This document shows positions 31,918 through 41,990 of a DNA stretch of 64,000 bases, in pieces. Location: the NCBI GenBank assembly GCA_963664875.1, contig OY761611.1:2016001-2080000 (forward strand). The letters run 5' to 3'. Position numbers and translations under genes: made by a program. Position 1 is the first letter of the stretch. Each line of letters opens with the position of its first letter. This DNA is from Candidatus Kapaibacterium sp. Its GTDB lineage: Bacteria > Bacteroidota > Ignavibacteria > Kapaibacteriales > UBA2268. The notes under the pieces were generated by a model. It had not been told where the DNA came from, ran no database searches, and saw only the letters and a program-made list of their open reading frames with translations.

Positions 31918-33033
31918 ATGAGCACCGGAAATAACAACTACCCCCAACTAATCGATATTCGATTGAGCCAGCTGCGCTTTACTATGGAAGACCATAAAGT
32001 AGAGGCGTTAGTGCTTACCCATTTGCCAAATATAAGATATATGACAAATTTCTCCGGCTCCAATGCTGTTCTTTTTATCACAGAAACTGAGTTACATTTA
32101 CTCACAGATGACAGATACGAAGAGCAAATTAAAGAAGAGCTGTATGGCTTGCCTAATCTGAAAACTCACATCACCCGTGACCCTTGGACTTATGCTATTG
32201 AAAATAAGATTCTCAAAAAAACTGTTTCTTTAGGATTTGAAGCAGACCACTTAGAGTACTCTGCTGCTATTAACATCAGAAACCAGATTAGACCGATTAA
32301 ATTCAAACCGGCTTCTAATCTTGTTGAGCCTTTCACCCAACCCAAGGCTGATGAAGAATTGGAGTACTTAAAAAAAGCTGCTGAAATAGCGGAAACTGTT
32401 TACAAAGAAATGTTAGATTTCATTGAGCCGGGCAAGACTGAAAAAGAAATTGCTGCAGAAATTTCTTATAGAGGAAGAAAACTCGGAGCAGAGGACGAAT
32501 CGTTCGATATAATTGTTGCAAGCGGCGAGCGTGCTGCATTTGTACATGGGAAGCCTACAGATAAGAAAATTAAAAAAGGTGACATTGTCATCATGGATTT
32601 TGGCTTCAAGGTCAATGGATTCTGTTCTGATATAACAAGAACAATTGCAGTAGGGAAAGCCACTAAAGAGCAAAAAGATGTTTATGCATTGCTACGCAAC
32701 GCTCAACAGAAAGCTATCGAAAGTGTTCGCCCTGCCATGAACGGAAAACATTTGGATAGCATAGCCAGAGATCTTATCGCAGAAGCCGGCTATGGCAACT
32801 ACTTCCAGCATAGTCTCGGACACGGCATCGGACTCGAAGCACACGAAATTCCAACTATTACTTTCAGAATGGAAGATCAGATGATTCCCGAAAATGCCGT
32901 TTTGGCTATTGAGCCGGGCGTTTATATTCCGGGAAAATTTGGAATGAGAATAGAAGATATGATTCAAGTAACAAGAAGTGGTGGTGTGAAAATTACCAAC
33001 GCTCCCGACGAACTTGTAATTATAGACAAATAA
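31918..33033 (+). CDS. Xaa-Pro aminopeptidase (M24B)
   Basis: DFG....CSDITRT, HSLGHGIGLEAHE, IEPGVY, GMRIED. Confidence 0.93.
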   Translation: MSTGNNNYPQLIDIRLSQLRFTMEDHKVEALVLTHLPNIRYMTNFSGSNAVLFITETELHLLTDDRYEEQIKEELYGLPNLKTHITRDPWTYAIENKILKKTVSLGFEADHLEYSAAINIRNQIRPIKFKPASNLVEPFTQPKADEELEYLKKAAEIAETVYKEMLDFIEPGKTEKEIAAEISYRGRKLGAEDESFDIIVASGERAAFVHGKPTDKKIKKGDIVIMDFGFKVNGFCSDITRTIAVGKATKEQKDVYALLRNAQQKAIESVRPAMNGKHLDSIARDLIAEAGYGNYFQHSLGHGIGLEAHEIPTITFRMEDQMIPENAVLAIEPGVYIPGKFGMRIEDMIQVTRSGGVKITNAPDELVIIDK

Positions 33034-33057
33034 AATATCTTGCACAAGATTTAAGCT

Positions 33058-33096
33058 CAGCCTGTTGGATAGTATTCGACAGGCTGTTTTTTTTTT
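33058..33096 (+). terminator. Intrinsic terminator
   Basis: CAGCCTGTTGGAT...ATTCGACAGGCTG + T run. Confidence 0.75.
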
Positions 33097-33420
33097 GATT
33101 TGACTATAATAAAATCAACTTTAATTTCCATTAGAAAGTATGAGATAATCATCCTATAATACTTTGAATTATAATTTAATCCCCCATTTGGTCTTAATCA
33201 TAGTGAATAATCCATAAAGGATTAGGAATCCCTATTGTTTTGATTTTGTTTTATTAAAAACAGCATATTCTTATATAAATTATATACATTCATTATTTAA
33301 CCCCTTTCACATGCGAACTCTCTGAAGCTGAATGAAATGACCTTATAGAAATACAACAATATATACTGACTATATGCATCTATTTATTATAAAGTCAAAT
33401 TTTGGGGAATTGGAGGCATT

Positions 33421-35421
33421 ATGAAACTGGTTGGATACTCTTTCTTATTATTAGCATTGGCTATAAGCTCACTATCTGCACAAGATTCAGAGGACTTGTT
33501 AGAAATGTCCCTGGAAGATTTGATGAATATTGAAGTCACTGTGGCTTCGAAATCTAAGGAATCGCTTAGCGATGCTCCTTCCTCTGTCACTGTATTTACT
33601 GGTACAGAAATCAGAAATATGGGTTTGCATACTTTAGAAGATTTACTAAACTATGTTCCCGGTTTCCAAACAACAAGAGACGTTGAACAAGGAACTGCAA
33701 CACGAATTTCTTCTCGTGGACGTGGCTCAGCTCTTTCTGAATCAGTATTATTCTTATTAAACGGACAAAGACTAAACGACCTTTATACAGGTGGTGTTTC
33801 TATTTTAAATAGACTTATCGCTGTTGATAATATCAAACAGGTAGAAATTATTAGAGGTCCGGGGTCAGCATTATATGGATCTAATGCTTTTTTGGGTGTA
33901 GTCAATATTGTTACAAATGATGATGAAAATGATATACATCTTGGTTATGGTACTCATAACTATAAATCTGCTTCTATTAATGCCTCTAAAGATTTAGCCA
34001 ATGACATCAAGGCTTCTGCTTATGTAGGTATCTTCTCAGAAGACGGACATGAATATGAAAATTTGTCAGATATTTATGGGAACACTCAAAAAACTCACGA
34101 CCCAAGCAGAGGTTTTGATGCCTTAGGTACTATCAGCTATAAAGCTCTAACGTTCTCAGCTCGCTTTATGGAAAGAAATGTAGCAGACTTCCTTACCTTC
34201 GGTACTCTTGCTAATCACCTTAACGACGAAAACACAAGCCAATCAAGCTTTAGTTTAGATTACGACTTTGATGTAAATGAAGACTTTAATGTATCTTTGA
34301 GAGCTGCATACTCTTATGACCACTGGGATGCGAAATCTATCTTAATTCCTAAGGATCTTGAAATTGCTCCGGACTTTGCTCTTTCTGAAAACTTTGCAGG
34401 TGGCCCATTCTTAGAGTCTCACAATATGGGATTGTTTGCTGATATGGGCTATCAACTAATGGAAGATAACAATTTGATTTTTGGCTTCTCTTATGAGCAA
34501 TCAGGGATTGACGAAGTCATGAATGTTATGACTCATAATCCAATTACTCTTGAATATCAGGGCAATTATCAGGATTATGATGGGAATTTGAGTTTTAATG
34601 AATTAAATGACAGAACTATACTTGGCGTATATGCTCAGGATAAACATAACTTTGGCAAGTCTTTAGCTATTACTGCCGGTTTTAGATATGACAATTATAA
34701 CGATTTCGGTTCTTCGTTCAATCCAAGAGCAGCAGTTGTATATAACACTCCATTCAAATCAACTCTAAAGGTAATGTATGGTAACGCATTTAGGGCACCT
34801 AATTTTTTGGAGCTTTACGACAAAAACAATCCAGTTGACTTTGGTAATCCTGATTTGAAAGCTGAAAAGGTAAGTACCATTGAGTTTGCTTATATCCAAA
34901 AATTTGAAGGATTCCAGGCAACGGTAACTTATTTCCAAAATAACATTAAAGATTTGATTACACTTGATTTTGCTAACCCTGCTCCTGAAGATGAAAATAA
35001 TCCACTTGGAGCTCCGGGCTTTATCAATGCAGGTGAAGTAGATACAAAAGGTATTGAGTTTGAAGTAAAAACATCTCCTGTTAAAAATCTATTGATTTAC
35101 GGTAGTTTTACAAACTTGTTTGATGCAGAAACTCTTCCTGTATCTGCTATGTTTGGCTCTTTATTTATAAATTATTCAGTGGCTGGCTTTAATCTTAATG
35201 TAAATGGTATTTACAGAGATAAAATGGAATTGTTACCAACTCAAGATGGTTACTTTGTCTTAAACACAGCAATTTCTTACAAACTTACAAACAATCTGAA
35301 AATCAAACTTAGTGCTCTTAACTTGACAGATGAAGAGTATTATACTATCACTAATATGCTTCCTACCGGTGTTGTAAACAGAGGTATGAGTCTTGTAGGT
35401 GGTGTACAGGTTAGTTTGTAA
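33421..35421 (+). CDS. TonB-dependent receptor
   Basis: Plug motif IKQVEIIRGPGSALYGSNAFLGVVNIVT; AFRAP, GNPDLKAE, NLTDEEY. Confidence 0.92.
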   Translation: MKLVGYSFLLLALAISSLSAQDSEDLLEMSLEDLMNIEVTVASKSKESLSDAPSSVTVFTGTEIRNMGLHTLEDLLNYVPGFQTTRDVEQGTATRISSRGRGSALSESVLFLLNGQRLNDLYTGGVSILNRLIAVDNIKQVEIIRGPGSALYGSNAFLGVVNIVTNDDENDIHLGYGTHNYKSASINASKDLANDIKASAYVGIFSEDGHEYENLSDIYGNTQKTHDPSRGFDALGTISYKALTFSARFMERNVADFLTFGTLANHLNDENTSQSSFSLDYDFDVNEDFNVSLRAAYSYDHWDAKSILIPKDLEIAPDFALSENFAGGPFLESHNMGLFADMGYQLMEDNNLIFGFSYEQSGIDEVMNVMTHNPITLEYQGNYQDYDGNLSFNELNDRTILGVYAQDKHNFGKSLAITAGFRYDNYNDFGSSFNPRAAVVYNTPFKSTLKVMYGNAFRAPNFLELYDKNNPVDFGNPDLKAEKVSTIEFAYIQKFEGFQATVTYFQNNIKDLITLDFANPAPEDENNPLGAPGFINAGEVDTKGIEFEVKTSPVKNLLIYGSFTNLFDAETLPVSAMFGSLFINYSVAGFNLNVNGIYRDKMELLPTQDGYFVLNTAISYKLTNNLKIKLSALNLTDEEYYTITNMLPTGVVNRGMSLVGGVQVSL

Positions 35422-35448
35422 ATATTATTTAGAATTATACTTTTTAGT

Positions 35449-35490
35449 AAAAAAACAGCTGTAAGGTTAAGACTTACAGCTGTTTTTTTT
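35449..35490 (+). terminator. Intrinsic terminator
   Basis: AAAAAAACAGCTGTAAG...CTTACAGCTGTTTTTTTT. Confidence 0.8.
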
Positions 35491-36561
35491 GTATCTTTGA
35501 TAAAATCATACTCATATAGAATAACAGATTTATCGTGAAAACAATTTACTCCAAGTCAATTTATATACCCCTTCTCGTAATGCTAATTGCCTTATTGTCC
35601 TGTAGTAGGGAGAAATTTGTTGATTTAGATTATTACGAAGCAAAAATTTGCACATCTTTTGATACTATTGATATGAAGGATTCCCTCAATATTATCATTA
35701 CTATCAAAAATGTGGATACTATTCCAATTATTTATCCGGGAGTGAATGGATTCTTTGCAGCATACGGATTCAATATTATTGAGTATGCAACAACATCATT
35801 TTATTCAGGTTTCATTCTGAAAAACTATAAGGCTGGGTGGTTGCTTGGTAGTTCAGGATTGGACAACGTTCTACCTTTTTTTTATAGAATTTTACCTAAC
35901 AAGTCTTTGAGGCTATCTTTATATGTGCCTTATTATGTGGAATATGATTCTTTGGCAAAACATTATAAAACTTTTGTTTCTCTTGATAGTTACGATTCCC
36001 TACCTAAAAGAATATGTGGTGAATTGTATTCTGGTCAGGATAGCTTGACTTATGATTTTATCACATTCCCGGAAAAGATTACTGATGTATATTTAGATAA
36101 TTACATTACACTAAATATTGATACTCTATTCTACTCAACTACAATAATGGGAGGAGCTGCGACAAAACATACAGTCCCATACAGTCCCATACAGTCCATA
36201 TTATTATGGTCATAGTAAAAAAGTAGAGAAATTTTTTGATCTCTTAAATATACACAGGCAAGAAATCGTTTTAGATTTTAAAACACCAGGGTTGAAGCGA
36301 AAACATTGGCGTTGATTGCTATATTGTAGTTAGTATTTTCATTTGTCATATCACAAAATTTTATATATTGTATTCAACATGCTTGCCCCGCTTCCCATTA
36401 GAACAGCGCGCTAAGGGTAAGCTTTTTTTGCCTGCCATTAAATGAACTTTAGATATAATATACAAAATCTTTTGTTTATTGTTTTGAATATTTCCTCTCC
36501 TCTTAAGCTTATAATATCTCCTTTTTTTGTATCTTTGATAAAATCATACTTATATAGAATA
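35484..36561 (+). repeat. 40-bp direct repeat pair (35484-35523 and 36522-36561) containing a TAnnTTTG promoter box
   Basis: TTTTTTTGTATCTTTGATAAAATCATACT(C/T)ATATAGAATA, 1 mismatch. Confidence 0.85.
35535..36215 (+). CDS. Hypothetical lipoprotein; 3' frame set by a 10-bp tandem repeat
   Basis: Lipobox-like LLSC; (CATACAGTCC)x3 at 36168-36197. Confidence 0.6.
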   Translation: MKTIYSKSIYIPLLVMLIALLSCSREKFVDLDYYEAKICTSFDTIDMKDSLNIIITIKNVDTIPIIYPGVNGFFAAYGFNIIEYATTSFYSGFILKNYKAGWLLGSSGLDNVLPFFYRILPNKSLRLSLYVPYYVEYDSLAKHYKTFVSLDSYDSLPKRICGELYSGQDSLTYDFITFPEKITDVYLDNYITLNIDTLFYSTTIMGGAATKHTVPYSPIQSILLWS

Positions 36562-36566
36562 CTATT

Positions 36567-37937
36567 ATGGCTGATATAAAACTTCTTATTGTTGATGACG
36601 AGCAGTCGCAGGCAGATGCTCTTGCCGGCTTTTTCAAAAAGCGGGGATTTGCCGTTTTTACTGCTTATAATTTGAATGATGTAAAAAATGTGCTCGAATC
36701 TGAGGCAGTTGACATTTGCTTATCGGATTTGAAGCTGAAAGATACAACCGGAGCGGAAGTGCTATCGCTTGTCAAGCAGAAGAATCCTCACACTCCCGTT
36801 GTGATTATGACGGCTTACGGTTCGGTAGATGATGCTGTCGGTCTAATGAAAGAAGGTGCTTTTGACTTTATCCAAAAGCCAATCGATCTTAAAGAGCTGA
36901 CTGCTATAATCTCCAAGGCTGAAGACAACTGCTATCTTGTTTCAGAAAATACTAAGCTGAAAGAAGAGCTTGCCTGCTCCACTTCCTTTGATAATATCAT
37001 TTCTCACAGCAAGGCTATGGAGCAGGTTCTTAATACTGCTGCAAGAGTCGCTCCGTCAAAGGCGGGTGTGCTTATTCGCGGGGAAAGCGGAACAGGTAAG
37101 GAACTAATTGCTAAGGCAATTCATCTTAACTCCCCTCGCAAGGATAAACCATTTATTGTTGTGAACTGTGCGGCAATGCCTGATACGCTTTTTGAAAGTG
37201 AACTATTCGGACATGAAAAGGGTTCGTTTACAGGTGCGGTGAAACAGCGCATAGGCAAGTTTGAGGAAGCTAACGGTGGAACACTATTTATAGACGAAGC
37301 TGGCGACATCCCTCCCCAGATACAGGTCAAACTCCTTCGAGCTATTCAGTTTGGCGAGATACAGCGCCTTGGCAGCAATGAAGTCATAAAACCCGACGTT
37401 AGAATCATTGCTGCAACAAACAGAGATTTAGAGAAAATGATTTCCGAAGGTGATTTCCGGGAGGATTTATACTACCGTTTTAATATAGTAACTATCAAAC
37501 TCCCTGCACTCAGAGAGCGTAAAGAAGATGTGCCTTATCTGATTGACCATTTTATAAAGTCGTTTAGCGAAATAAACGGCAAAAGTGTTAGCTCTATCAG
37601 CAAAGAGGCACTGGCAGAACTGATTAACTACAGCTTCCCCGGCAATATCCGTGAGCTCGAAAATATAATACAAAGGGCTGTTGTTCTTTCTCGCGACAAT
37701 ATGGTTAAACTGCAGGATTTGCCTGAAGAAATCAAAGGACACTCCCGAACAGAATCAGTTGACTGCGACCATCTATCTCTGGGCAATCTCAACCAAAAAG
37801 TAGAGAATTTAGAAAAAGCACTTATAAACAAAGCCCTTTCGGAATCAGGCGGCAATCAGGTAAAAGCCGCAGAACTCTTAGAAATATCGGAACGCACTCT
37901 GCGATATAAGATATCTAAGTATAAGATAAAGGGGTAA
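36567..37937 (+). CDS. Sigma-54-dependent NtrC/AtoC family response regulator
   Basis: REC domain, GESGTGKE, ESELFGHEKGSFTGA, FPGNIRELEN, Fis-type HTH. Confidence 0.96.
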   Translation: MADIKLLIVDDEQSQADALAGFFKKRGFAVFTAYNLNDVKNVLESEAVDICLSDLKLKDTTGAEVLSLVKQKNPHTPVVIMTAYGSVDDAVGLMKEGAFDFIQKPIDLKELTAIISKAEDNCYLVSENTKLKEELACSTSFDNIISHSKAMEQVLNTAARVAPSKAGVLIRGESGTGKELIAKAIHLNSPRKDKPFIVVNCAAMPDTLFESELFGHEKGSFTGAVKQRIGKFEEANGGTLFIDEAGDIPPQIQVKLLRAIQFGEIQRLGSNEVIKPDVRIIAATNRDLEKMISEGDFREDLYYRFNIVTIKLPALRERKEDVPYLIDHFIKSFSEINGKSVSSISKEALAELINYSFPGNIRELENIIQRAVVLSRDNMVKLQDLPEEIKGHSRTESVDCDHLSLGNLNQKVENLEKALINKALSESGGNQVKAAELLEISERTLRYKISKYKIKG

Positions 37938-38074
37938 AGTTGGTAAACTAATTGAGGCTAAAGAAATTAACAACAATTGATTATATAATTATATATTTAA
38001 ATGCGTTATAGTAAATTATATTACATTATATTTGCATTTATATAATCTATTTATACCTTTTTGGAATTTATCTA

Positions 38075-39154
38075 ATGAAAACTTTAATATTGCTAATTTC
38101 TATTGCTCTGACATCCTCTGTATATGCTGACATAATAGAACTTAATGTAATAGACTACAGAACCGGCGAAAAATTAGTTCCTGAGCAGCTGGTAGTTACA
38201 GATTTAGCTACTAATGCAGATTACATATTTGAAAATACTTCCTCTTTTGATACAGACGCATTGACGAGTGTAACTCAAAATGCTTCTATATCCCAAGGAC
38301 TCAAAATCTATCCTAATCCTGTCGCAGACAGATGTTATATCGAAATATTTTCTAACGGAAACAAATCAGATAATCTGCTTATCTCAAACTCATTGGGACA
38401 GTCTCAAACAATTCCTATTTCCTTGGTGCAAGGCGATAATGTATTTGAATTGAGTCAGCATAATTTGACAGTTGGCACCTATTATGTAACAACTTCTGAA
38501 TACAGTTCAATTCTCAATCTGACAAATACGGGGAAAAGCAATTCAACTACACTGGAACGAGTTTCAACATCCGAAGCAATGTCGAGTATGATTCTGACTC
38601 CTGTTGGCGGTATATATAGCGTTTTTATTAGAAAAGCAGGGTATAGCAATTATAAATTCTCAAATACCGACTTAACTACAATAATGGATACAGTAAAATT
38701 AGTCAACCTTGACGATTTCATTTACGAATCTACAAAATTTTCATTTAGAAAAATGTCTGCAGTAATTACCGAAATAATTCAGGATCAGTACGGGAATGTT
38801 CAAGAAACACATACTCCCTATGAGCCACACTTTGAAGGAGAAATAACAGATAGTAAAATCTTTTTTGATGAAGATTACGATAGTGATTATATGCATGTCA
38901 CCATAGAATCAAGCACGAATATTAAAGGCATAGAATTTACTTTAGATGGCTGGTGGCGCTTCCCTTTTGATTCCATAGTCGTTGACGAAAATAGAAAATT
39001 TAGTCTAAAATTTAACTACGAATACCTTCAAAAATATCATAATCCTGTTTATATCACAAGTCCAACCATTGAATATCGAAGATGGCTGGAAACATTCTAC
39101 GAAGATTACACAAATTCTGACTTCATTGAAGTGTTTGGAAGTGTAGCAAAGTAA
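38075..39154 (+). CDS. Secreted hypothetical protein with an internal T9SS-CTD-like domain
   Basis: Signal peptide; LKIYPNPV...ISNSLGQ...LTVGTYYV at residues ~75-140. Confidence 0.6.
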   Translation: MKTLILLISIALTSSVYADIIELNVIDYRTGEKLVPEQLVVTDLATNADYIFENTSSFDTDALTSVTQNASISQGLKIYPNPVADRCYIEIFSNGNKSDNLLISNSLGQSQTIPISLVQGDNVFELSQHNLTVGTYYVTTSEYSSILNLTNTGKSNSTTLERVSTSEAMSSMILTPVGGIYSVFIRKAGYSNYKFSNTDLTTIMDTVKLVNLDDFIYESTKFSFRKMSAVITEIIQDQYGNVQETHTPYEPHFEGEITDSKIFFDEDYDSDYMHVTIESSTNIKGIEFTLDGWWRFPFDSIVVDENRKFSLKFNYEYLQKYHNPVYITSPTIEYRRWLETFYEDYTNSDFIEVFGSVAK

Positions 39155-39258
39155 GATAGTTCAATTATATCTAAACATAGTATATCTAAGTACAAGATGC
39201 AGGGGGTGGCTATTGGTATTTAGTTTTGTTGGACGAGGTCAAACTATAGATTAATAAG

Positions 39259-39648
39259 TTGATTTTTGGAATATTGTTTATTGCTATGCAACATATATCT
39301 GAACCAATATTTAAAAGATATAATTTGGATAAGATTGTTCTACAAAATTCAAATAACAGTGGAAAATCGAATTTATTTGCTGATTCAGTAATAGATGTTA
39401 GTTTTAATCTCTACATGAAAGACACATTTTTGACGGTTGTTTCTGAAGTTTACAATTCAAAAATTAGCTATCCTGTTCATATCGTTGGGGATACTCTTCG
39501 GGTTTATGACTTAATGCGTTTTATTGATTTTATTCCAAATGGTGATTCTATTATAACCGGATTAGGTAAATTTCCTTCAACAAAAGTGATTACAAAAGAT
39601 CGGGATGTTGTATTTAATGAAAGACCAAATTGGTTTTTATTGAATTAA
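39259..39648 (+). CDS. Hypothetical protein
   Basis: 129-aa low-GC ORF; no recognised motif. Confidence 0.45.
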   Translation: MIFGILFIAMQHISEPIFKRYNLDKIVLQNSNNSGKSNLFADSVIDVSFNLYMKDTFLTVVSEVYNSKISYPVHIVGDTLRVYDLMRFIDFIPNGDSIITGLGKFPSTKVITKDRDVVFNERPNWFLLN

Positions 39649-40298
39649 TGTGGCTAAAGAGGCTAAAAATGAAATTTTTGTATAATATAATCCTGATAAC
39701 ACTGATGTTTACTTGTAATACTGGATTCAGTATAAAACTTGATACTGATACAAGTATAAAATATATTACTTTAGATGTGAGTATTACTAATTCTCGAAAT
39801 CAATTTGACAGTTTGAATGTATTTCAATATGATTTTGATATGATATATCAAACTTCTATAAAGAAGAGAGAAGATTTGCAAAAAGAAAGCCAGACATACA
39901 TTTTTAGTTATATTTATTCTTGTAGTCGGGCTCGAATTATATATATTCCTTACAAGTATAACCAAACTTTTATGATAAGTTTAAATGATACTTTGTTTAA
40001 TGGAGATTATATTGAGTCAATTGTTAAGTCATATGGAGGATTAAGGGTTTATTCATCAGAAATATTGTTAAAAGAACCAGATTATTATAAAGAATGGATT
40101 GTTATAAGAATCCATACAGAAGAAAAGCTTGATACTTCGAGTAAATATAAAAGTTACACTTATATTACTAAAGAAGATGTAGAAGAAAAAGATAAAGATA
40201 AAAATAAGCAATATATAAAGAAAACTACCATTAGTGGAGATACTTTGTATATCAATCTTTTTATCGATTTAGACAAAACTTCTGTAATAAGATATTAA
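39630..40298 (+). CDS. Hypothetical secreted protein (possible orphan immunity protein)
   Basis: Low GC, signal-like MKFLYNIILITLMF (likely start 39669); directly upstream of Rhs stub A1. Confidence 0.5.
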   Translation: MVFIELMWLKRLKMKFLYNIILITLMFTCNTGFSIKLDTDTSIKYITLDVSITNSRNQFDSLNVFQYDFDMIYQTSIKKREDLQKESQTYIFSYIYSCSRARIIYIPYKYNQTFMISLNDTLFNGDYIESIVKSYGGLRVYSSEILLKEPDYYKEWIVIRIHTEEKLDTSSKYKSYTYITKEDVEEKDKDKNKQYIKKTTISGDTLYINLFIDLDKTSVIRY

Positions 40299-40356
40299 AG
40301 AATATGTTATTGATTAGGTTGACAAAAATGGCAAATTCCTATACTTAAAAACATTT

Positions 40357-40517
40357 AAACAATACGAGCTAACAGACCACCTTGGCAATGTACAGCTTAC
40401 TTTTTCTCATTATAAATATAGAGAAAGCTATAGTCTGCCACGTTTGAAAGTTCTTTCAAAAAGTGATTACTATCCCTTTGGGATGTTAGTGCCGGATAAC
40501 TACTATCAGGATGGCAG
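40357..40517 (+). pseudogene. Rhs-core stub A1
   Basis: KQYELTDHLGNVQLTFSHYKYRESYSLPRLKVLSKSDYYPFGMLVPDNYYQDG; no start codon. Confidence 0.85.
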
Positions 40518-40524
40518 AAAAAAA

Positions 40525-40708
40525 ATTCCCCTCGTTGAGGGGTGGCACGCAGTGCCGGGGTGGAATCTCTCGATGCACAACTGTTTCAATGTAGGAAAAT
40601 GTAATTTATATAGATAAATTTTGCGATATTTTTTTCGGGGGAAGTGATTTATATTAGGTTTTATCCACCCCGCCCTCGCTTCGCTCACGCACCCCTCAAG
40701 AGGGGAAT
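40525..40708. mobile_element. REP-doublet (REPIN/MITE-like) element, intact copy
   Basis: Inverted arms ATTCCCCTCGTTGAGGGGTGGCAC...GGGGTGGA and TCCACCCCG...CACCCCTCAAGAGGGGAAT around an AT-rich spacer; second copy at 62454-62468 + 63661-63839. Confidence 0.8.
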
Positions 40709-40731
40709 GGAGCAGGTTTTGAGATGTTTTT

Positions 40732-41185
40732 CGCCAAATCGGTCACAAACAATACGAACTAACTGACCATTTAGGCAACGTGCGACTAACTTTTGAAGAT
40801 TATAAATATTTTACTGATACTCTGCCAAGACCACGCTTAAAAGTTCTTTCAAGAAATGATTATTATCCCTTTGGGATGTTAGTGCCGGATAACTATTATC
40901 AGGATGGCAGCACATTAGCTCGCTTCAAAGGTCTCTGAGCGATTCTATCCATACACTCAAGATAAAAAAGATGTAGATTGTATTACGGCATATTTTTCTT
41001 ATGTATTCAAACCTATTGAAGGGATAACAAGAGCTTCGGATGATGATAGATTAGGACCTTTGGATTCTCATTATATCGAAAATTATAAGTGAGTTTTCAA
41101 TATTAAACCAAATAAACCTGGATATATTGAACCTAATCAAAATAAAACTATTGACTCAGAAGCAGGAGAATCAGATGAACCATAA
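40732..41185 (+). pseudogene. Rhs-core stub B1 fused to a deleted toxin-tip remnant
   Basis: RQIGHKQYELTDHLGNVRLTFEDY...DYYPFGMLVPDNYYQDGSTLARF to 40926, then a shifted frame (KVSERFYPYTQDKKD...ENYK*VFNIKPNKPG...AGESDEP*) whose stop lies just inside the start of the next gene. Confidence 0.75.
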
Positions 41186-41762
41186 AATTAAAATTTTATT
41201 GATGTTTTTGTTCGTAATTATTATAGGTTTTATAATGTTTGGGAAAATCTTAAAGACCAAATATTATTTATATAATTATAAAAAAAGTAGTGATGCGATA
41301 TTTTATCAAAATGTACAAGATGTAGTTAGTGATTCAATTAGATCTTGGATAGAAAAAAACTATAGAGGTTTTGAAAAAGATGATAAAGTTATATATAAAT
41401 CTTCAAAATATTTATATTTTAACTCAAGTAAAGATAAATGTATTACATTTATATATGAATTTAACGCAAAGCCGGGGAATAGTAATATAATTAGGACAGT
41501 ATGTTTGTTTAAAAAAAACGAATACTGGAATGTTTTCACATACTCACTTCCTACATGGTATTATTTTGATGATGTGATACGTGGCTCTAATGTTACCTAT
41601 CAAATACAACAATATTACGACAAATATGAAGAAGAGTTTTTGGATAGAATGGTTCCAAAGTATTATAAATACTTCTTTTGTATAAACGATGGTATGTTTA
41701 ACTACGAAGAAAAACAGCTTCTTAAAAAACATAATAAACTCAAATATAGACATTTAAAATAA
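41175..41762 (+). CDS. Probable immunity protein (N-terminal TM)
   Basis: RBS AGGAG before ATG 41175; overlaps the end of the toxin-tail frame; low GC. Confidence 0.6.
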   Translation: MNHKIKILLMFLFVIIIGFIMFGKILKTKYYLYNYKKSSDAIFYQNVQDVVSDSIRSWIEKNYRGFEKDDKVIYKSSKYLYFNSSKDKCITFIYEFNAKPGNSNIIRTVCLFKKNEYWNVFTYSLPTWYYFDDVIRGSNVTYQIQQYYDKYEEEFLDRMVPKYYKYFFCINDGMFNYEEKQLLKKHNKLKYRHLK

Positions 41763-41836
41763 GTAACATTCTGATTATTTTTTGAAATTCATTCTTTCAA
41801 GTAGCCAAAGCAAAAGGCATAATGCGGCAAGCATTA

Positions 41837-41909
41837 CGCCAAATCGGTCACAAACAATACGAGCTTACTGACCACCTTGGCAATGTGCGTTTAACTTTTG
41901 CAGATTATA
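41837..41909 (+). pseudogene. Rhs-core stub C1
   Basis: RQIGHKQYELTDHLGNVRLTFADY. Confidence 0.85.
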
Positions 41910-41990
41910 GACATGGCTTTTTCCCCAAGACATTTGATACTGCGACAACATCATTTACCTCAATTCCATATTATTTTGTATGTTTGTTGT

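Noticed and set aside
33213-33235. TAATCC-N5-GGATTA palindrome (about 33207-33223) or riboswitch upstream of the TonB receptor
   Set aside because: Single short occurrence; no cobalamin or TPP riboswitch core motifs recognised
40506-40688. Small ORFs across REP elements (also 53110-53358)
   Set aside because: Chance frames through GC-rich palindromes
40357-41909. Rhs stubs as a CRISPR array or DGR template/variable repeats
   Set aside because: Spacing is irregular, the sequence is protein-derived, differences are not adenine-specific, and no cas or reverse transcriptase gene is in the window
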